A DNA stretch of 64,000 nucleotides from Macrostomum lignano. Its lineage: Eukaryota. Location: assembly GCA_002269645.1 (NCBI GenBank), contig NIVC01001623.1, forward strand, positions 81,706 to 145,705, given 5' to 3'. Shown here piece after piece: positions 61,937 through 64,000 of this stretch; position 1 is the stretch's first letter; each line of letters opens with the position of its first letter. A model generated the notes under the pieces. That model did not search any database. It saw only the letters and a list, made by a program, of their open reading frames with translations, and was not told the DNA's origin. A program made the translations under genes and the position numbers.

Positions 61937-64000
61937 ATGGCTGCAGCTCCAATGGAGAGTGCCGAAGCCACATCGAAAATCCAGTTTGCAGTCATTCTGC
62001 TCACCCACGGCATGAATCAGATACTCAAGACGGCCTTGGGACTGAATACCACTCTGGATTTCAACAACTCCCTAAAAATGATTGTAGATGAGCTGCAGCA
62101 ACTCTTTCCTGACCCGGCTGTTCAGAGCCAACTGCGTGGATCTTTGGAGAGAGCCAGGGCCGTTAGGAACCAGTATTCTCACCACGATTTCGATGCAAAC
62201 CGGTTCGAGCATGATATCGAGTGCTTTCTGAAGCTGGCGGAGTTGATGGGGCTGAGCGACTGCAGAAGAGAAATATTGAAGTTTGCTGGCGTTTCTGGCG
62301 AAGACTGGGAGAAGCTGAAGGTCGAGAGGGAACAAGCATTATGGAAATAAGCGATGGGCGGATGCCATGGACTGCTACACAAAAGCCATCAGAATCAATG
62401 CAAATTTGGCCATTTTGTACTCAAACCGAGCTCTGTGCGAGCTCAGACTATCCAAATTTAACCTGGCCCGTGAAGATGCGGAAGATGCAATCCAGCTGGA
62501 CCCAAAGCCGGTAAAGTTCTATCGAATTCTGTCGGAAGCTCTTGTAAAGCTTCGGCTCTTTAAAGAAGCATTGGCCATCTGCAACGGAGGCTTGGTCCGC
62601 GATCCCAGAGATGATATTCTTCTTCTGAGGAAGAGAGATTGTCAAGCTTATTTAATTGATGAAAGAGTGAAAAAGCAGTCTGTTTGTGGTGGTCTTGGGG
62701 AGCTGAATGATCCTGAAGTTGCCCGCCACTCTCAAATGAACATAATTCAACAATCTTCCAATGTTTCTCCAGCGATGTCAGCCCAATGAACGATTATCAA
62801 AGCGAAAGCTACACCGAAATTGTTGAGGCTCATCAGATCCTGCAGTCCGGCAGGGGCAATGTTGCTGAAGAGCAGAGGGCGCTTAGAATATTCCAATCAA
62901 TTGCAACGCGTGGGTGCGCAAATGGGCTGTACAATTTAGCTGTGATGTACAAAGACGGCAGAGCTGGGCTGGCTCGTGACTCAAAGAAATATATCAATTT
63001 GTGCACCAAGCCGCCGGGCAGAAGCCCTATCTGGATGACGGCTCCGCGATTTTTCGGAATGTTGGCGTTGCTGAAGCGGAGAACTCAATCGGAATGGCTT
63101 ACAGAGACGGTCTGACCGTTGATCAAGACAATAAGCTCGCCTTCGAATGGTTTGTGAAATCTGCTCAGCACGGCTGCCCGTCAGGTATGAACAACCTCGG
63201 CGTGGCACTCGAAAACGGCACCGGCTGCAAGCAAAACTTGGCGTCAGCGCGCTGGTGGTACCAGGAGTCTGCCAATCTGGGCCAGGCTGAGGCCCGATAC
63301 AACCTCGCACTTATGCTTGCGGAAGGGCGGGGAGGACCCGTGGACACAGTAAAAGCGACGGAGCTGCTTCAAGCCGCTGCGGATCAGGGCCTCCCAGGAT
63401 CTCTGAGAGCTCTGCAGAAGCTTTCACAGAGCGGCGCTCTTGGTGCGAGAATTAATGAATCAAAAAAAGTTATTATGCAAAGGGTAGAAAAAAACGACAA
63501 AGAAGCACTGCTTCTTCTGGGCGAAAACTACATGAGGGGTAAAGGCGGATTCCGAACAAATTTGAAGCAATCGGAGGAATACTTCAAAAAAGCTTCGGAT
63601 ATGGGTCACGAGAAGGCTACTGTTGCCCTGGGCAGCTTCTGCAGCAGAATAGAAGCGAAGAAGCAGTGTTTTTTCTTTCAAAGGCTGCTGAATGGGAAAA
63701 TGCTGATGCGCAATGGATTCTGGGCCGTCTGCTGTCACTGGGCAAGGCTGCAAGCGAGATTTGGATCAAGCACGCAGATGGATGATTCGATCCAAGCGAG
63801 AAACTCCAGATGTCATCAGTGACGTGATTGAATTTTCAATGAAATTATAAAGTTTGAAGGCATCAATGGGCTTTCGCAAGAAGGACTTTCATGCGACGAG
63901 AGATGTGAGAGATACTGCGACTCTTCGGTGCCAGATCCATCGCTGAGAGATGCAATTAAAAAGCTGCGCAAGTATTTTACACCTCGACAAGCAAGTCCAG
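61937..64000 (+). CDS. HEPN-like domain + TPR + SEL1-like repeat protein, frameshifted, continuing beyond the window
   Basis: N-terminal helical domain with RxxxxH (ARAVRNQYSHHDF); TPRs (GNKHYGNKRWADAMDCYTKAIRINANLAILYSNRALC); SEL1 repeats (ANGLYNLAVMYKDG, GMNNLGVALENGTGCKQNLASARWWYQESANLG, ARYNLALMLAEGRGG). Frameshifts near 62325, 62730-62785, 63000 and 63635. Confidence 0.8.

Overview
Eukaryotic (metazoan) genomic DNA, not prokaryotic. GC-rich spliced genes, introns full of tandem repeats and a two-alpha-crystallin-domain small HSP suggest a flatworm, probably Macrostomum-like (inference). Genes I can reconstruct: a SAM-methyltransferase-like exon (-), a secreted PAN + Thr-stalk + ALK-type glycine-rich protein, protein phosphatase inhibitor-2, a 5-exon KDM4 demethylase, an ALP-type PDZ-LIM protein, PDE1, a small HSP with HSE/TATA promoter, an ankyrin-repeat/Mab-21 (cGAS-like) nucleotidyltransferase, and an adjacent HEPN-TPR-SEL1 gene running off the right end. 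The 12.5-28 kb region is a nest of DNA transposons with exact TIRs and TSDs: a mariner, three 8-bp-TSD elements and a MITE. It also holds a 2-kb satellite grown from a transposon subterminal motif and CpG-poor, TpA-rich blocks with a strong C>T/G>A bias that includes non-CpG sites. Best leads: (1) RIP-like hypermutation of repeats in an animal; (2) a cGLR next to a HEPN-TPR-SEL1 gene, a possible sensor/effector pair; (3) complementary intronic arrays flanking an in-frame-skippable KDM4 exon. No CRISPR array, rRNA or intact tRNA was found. The last three genes carry many single-base frameshifts, most simply assembly indel errors.
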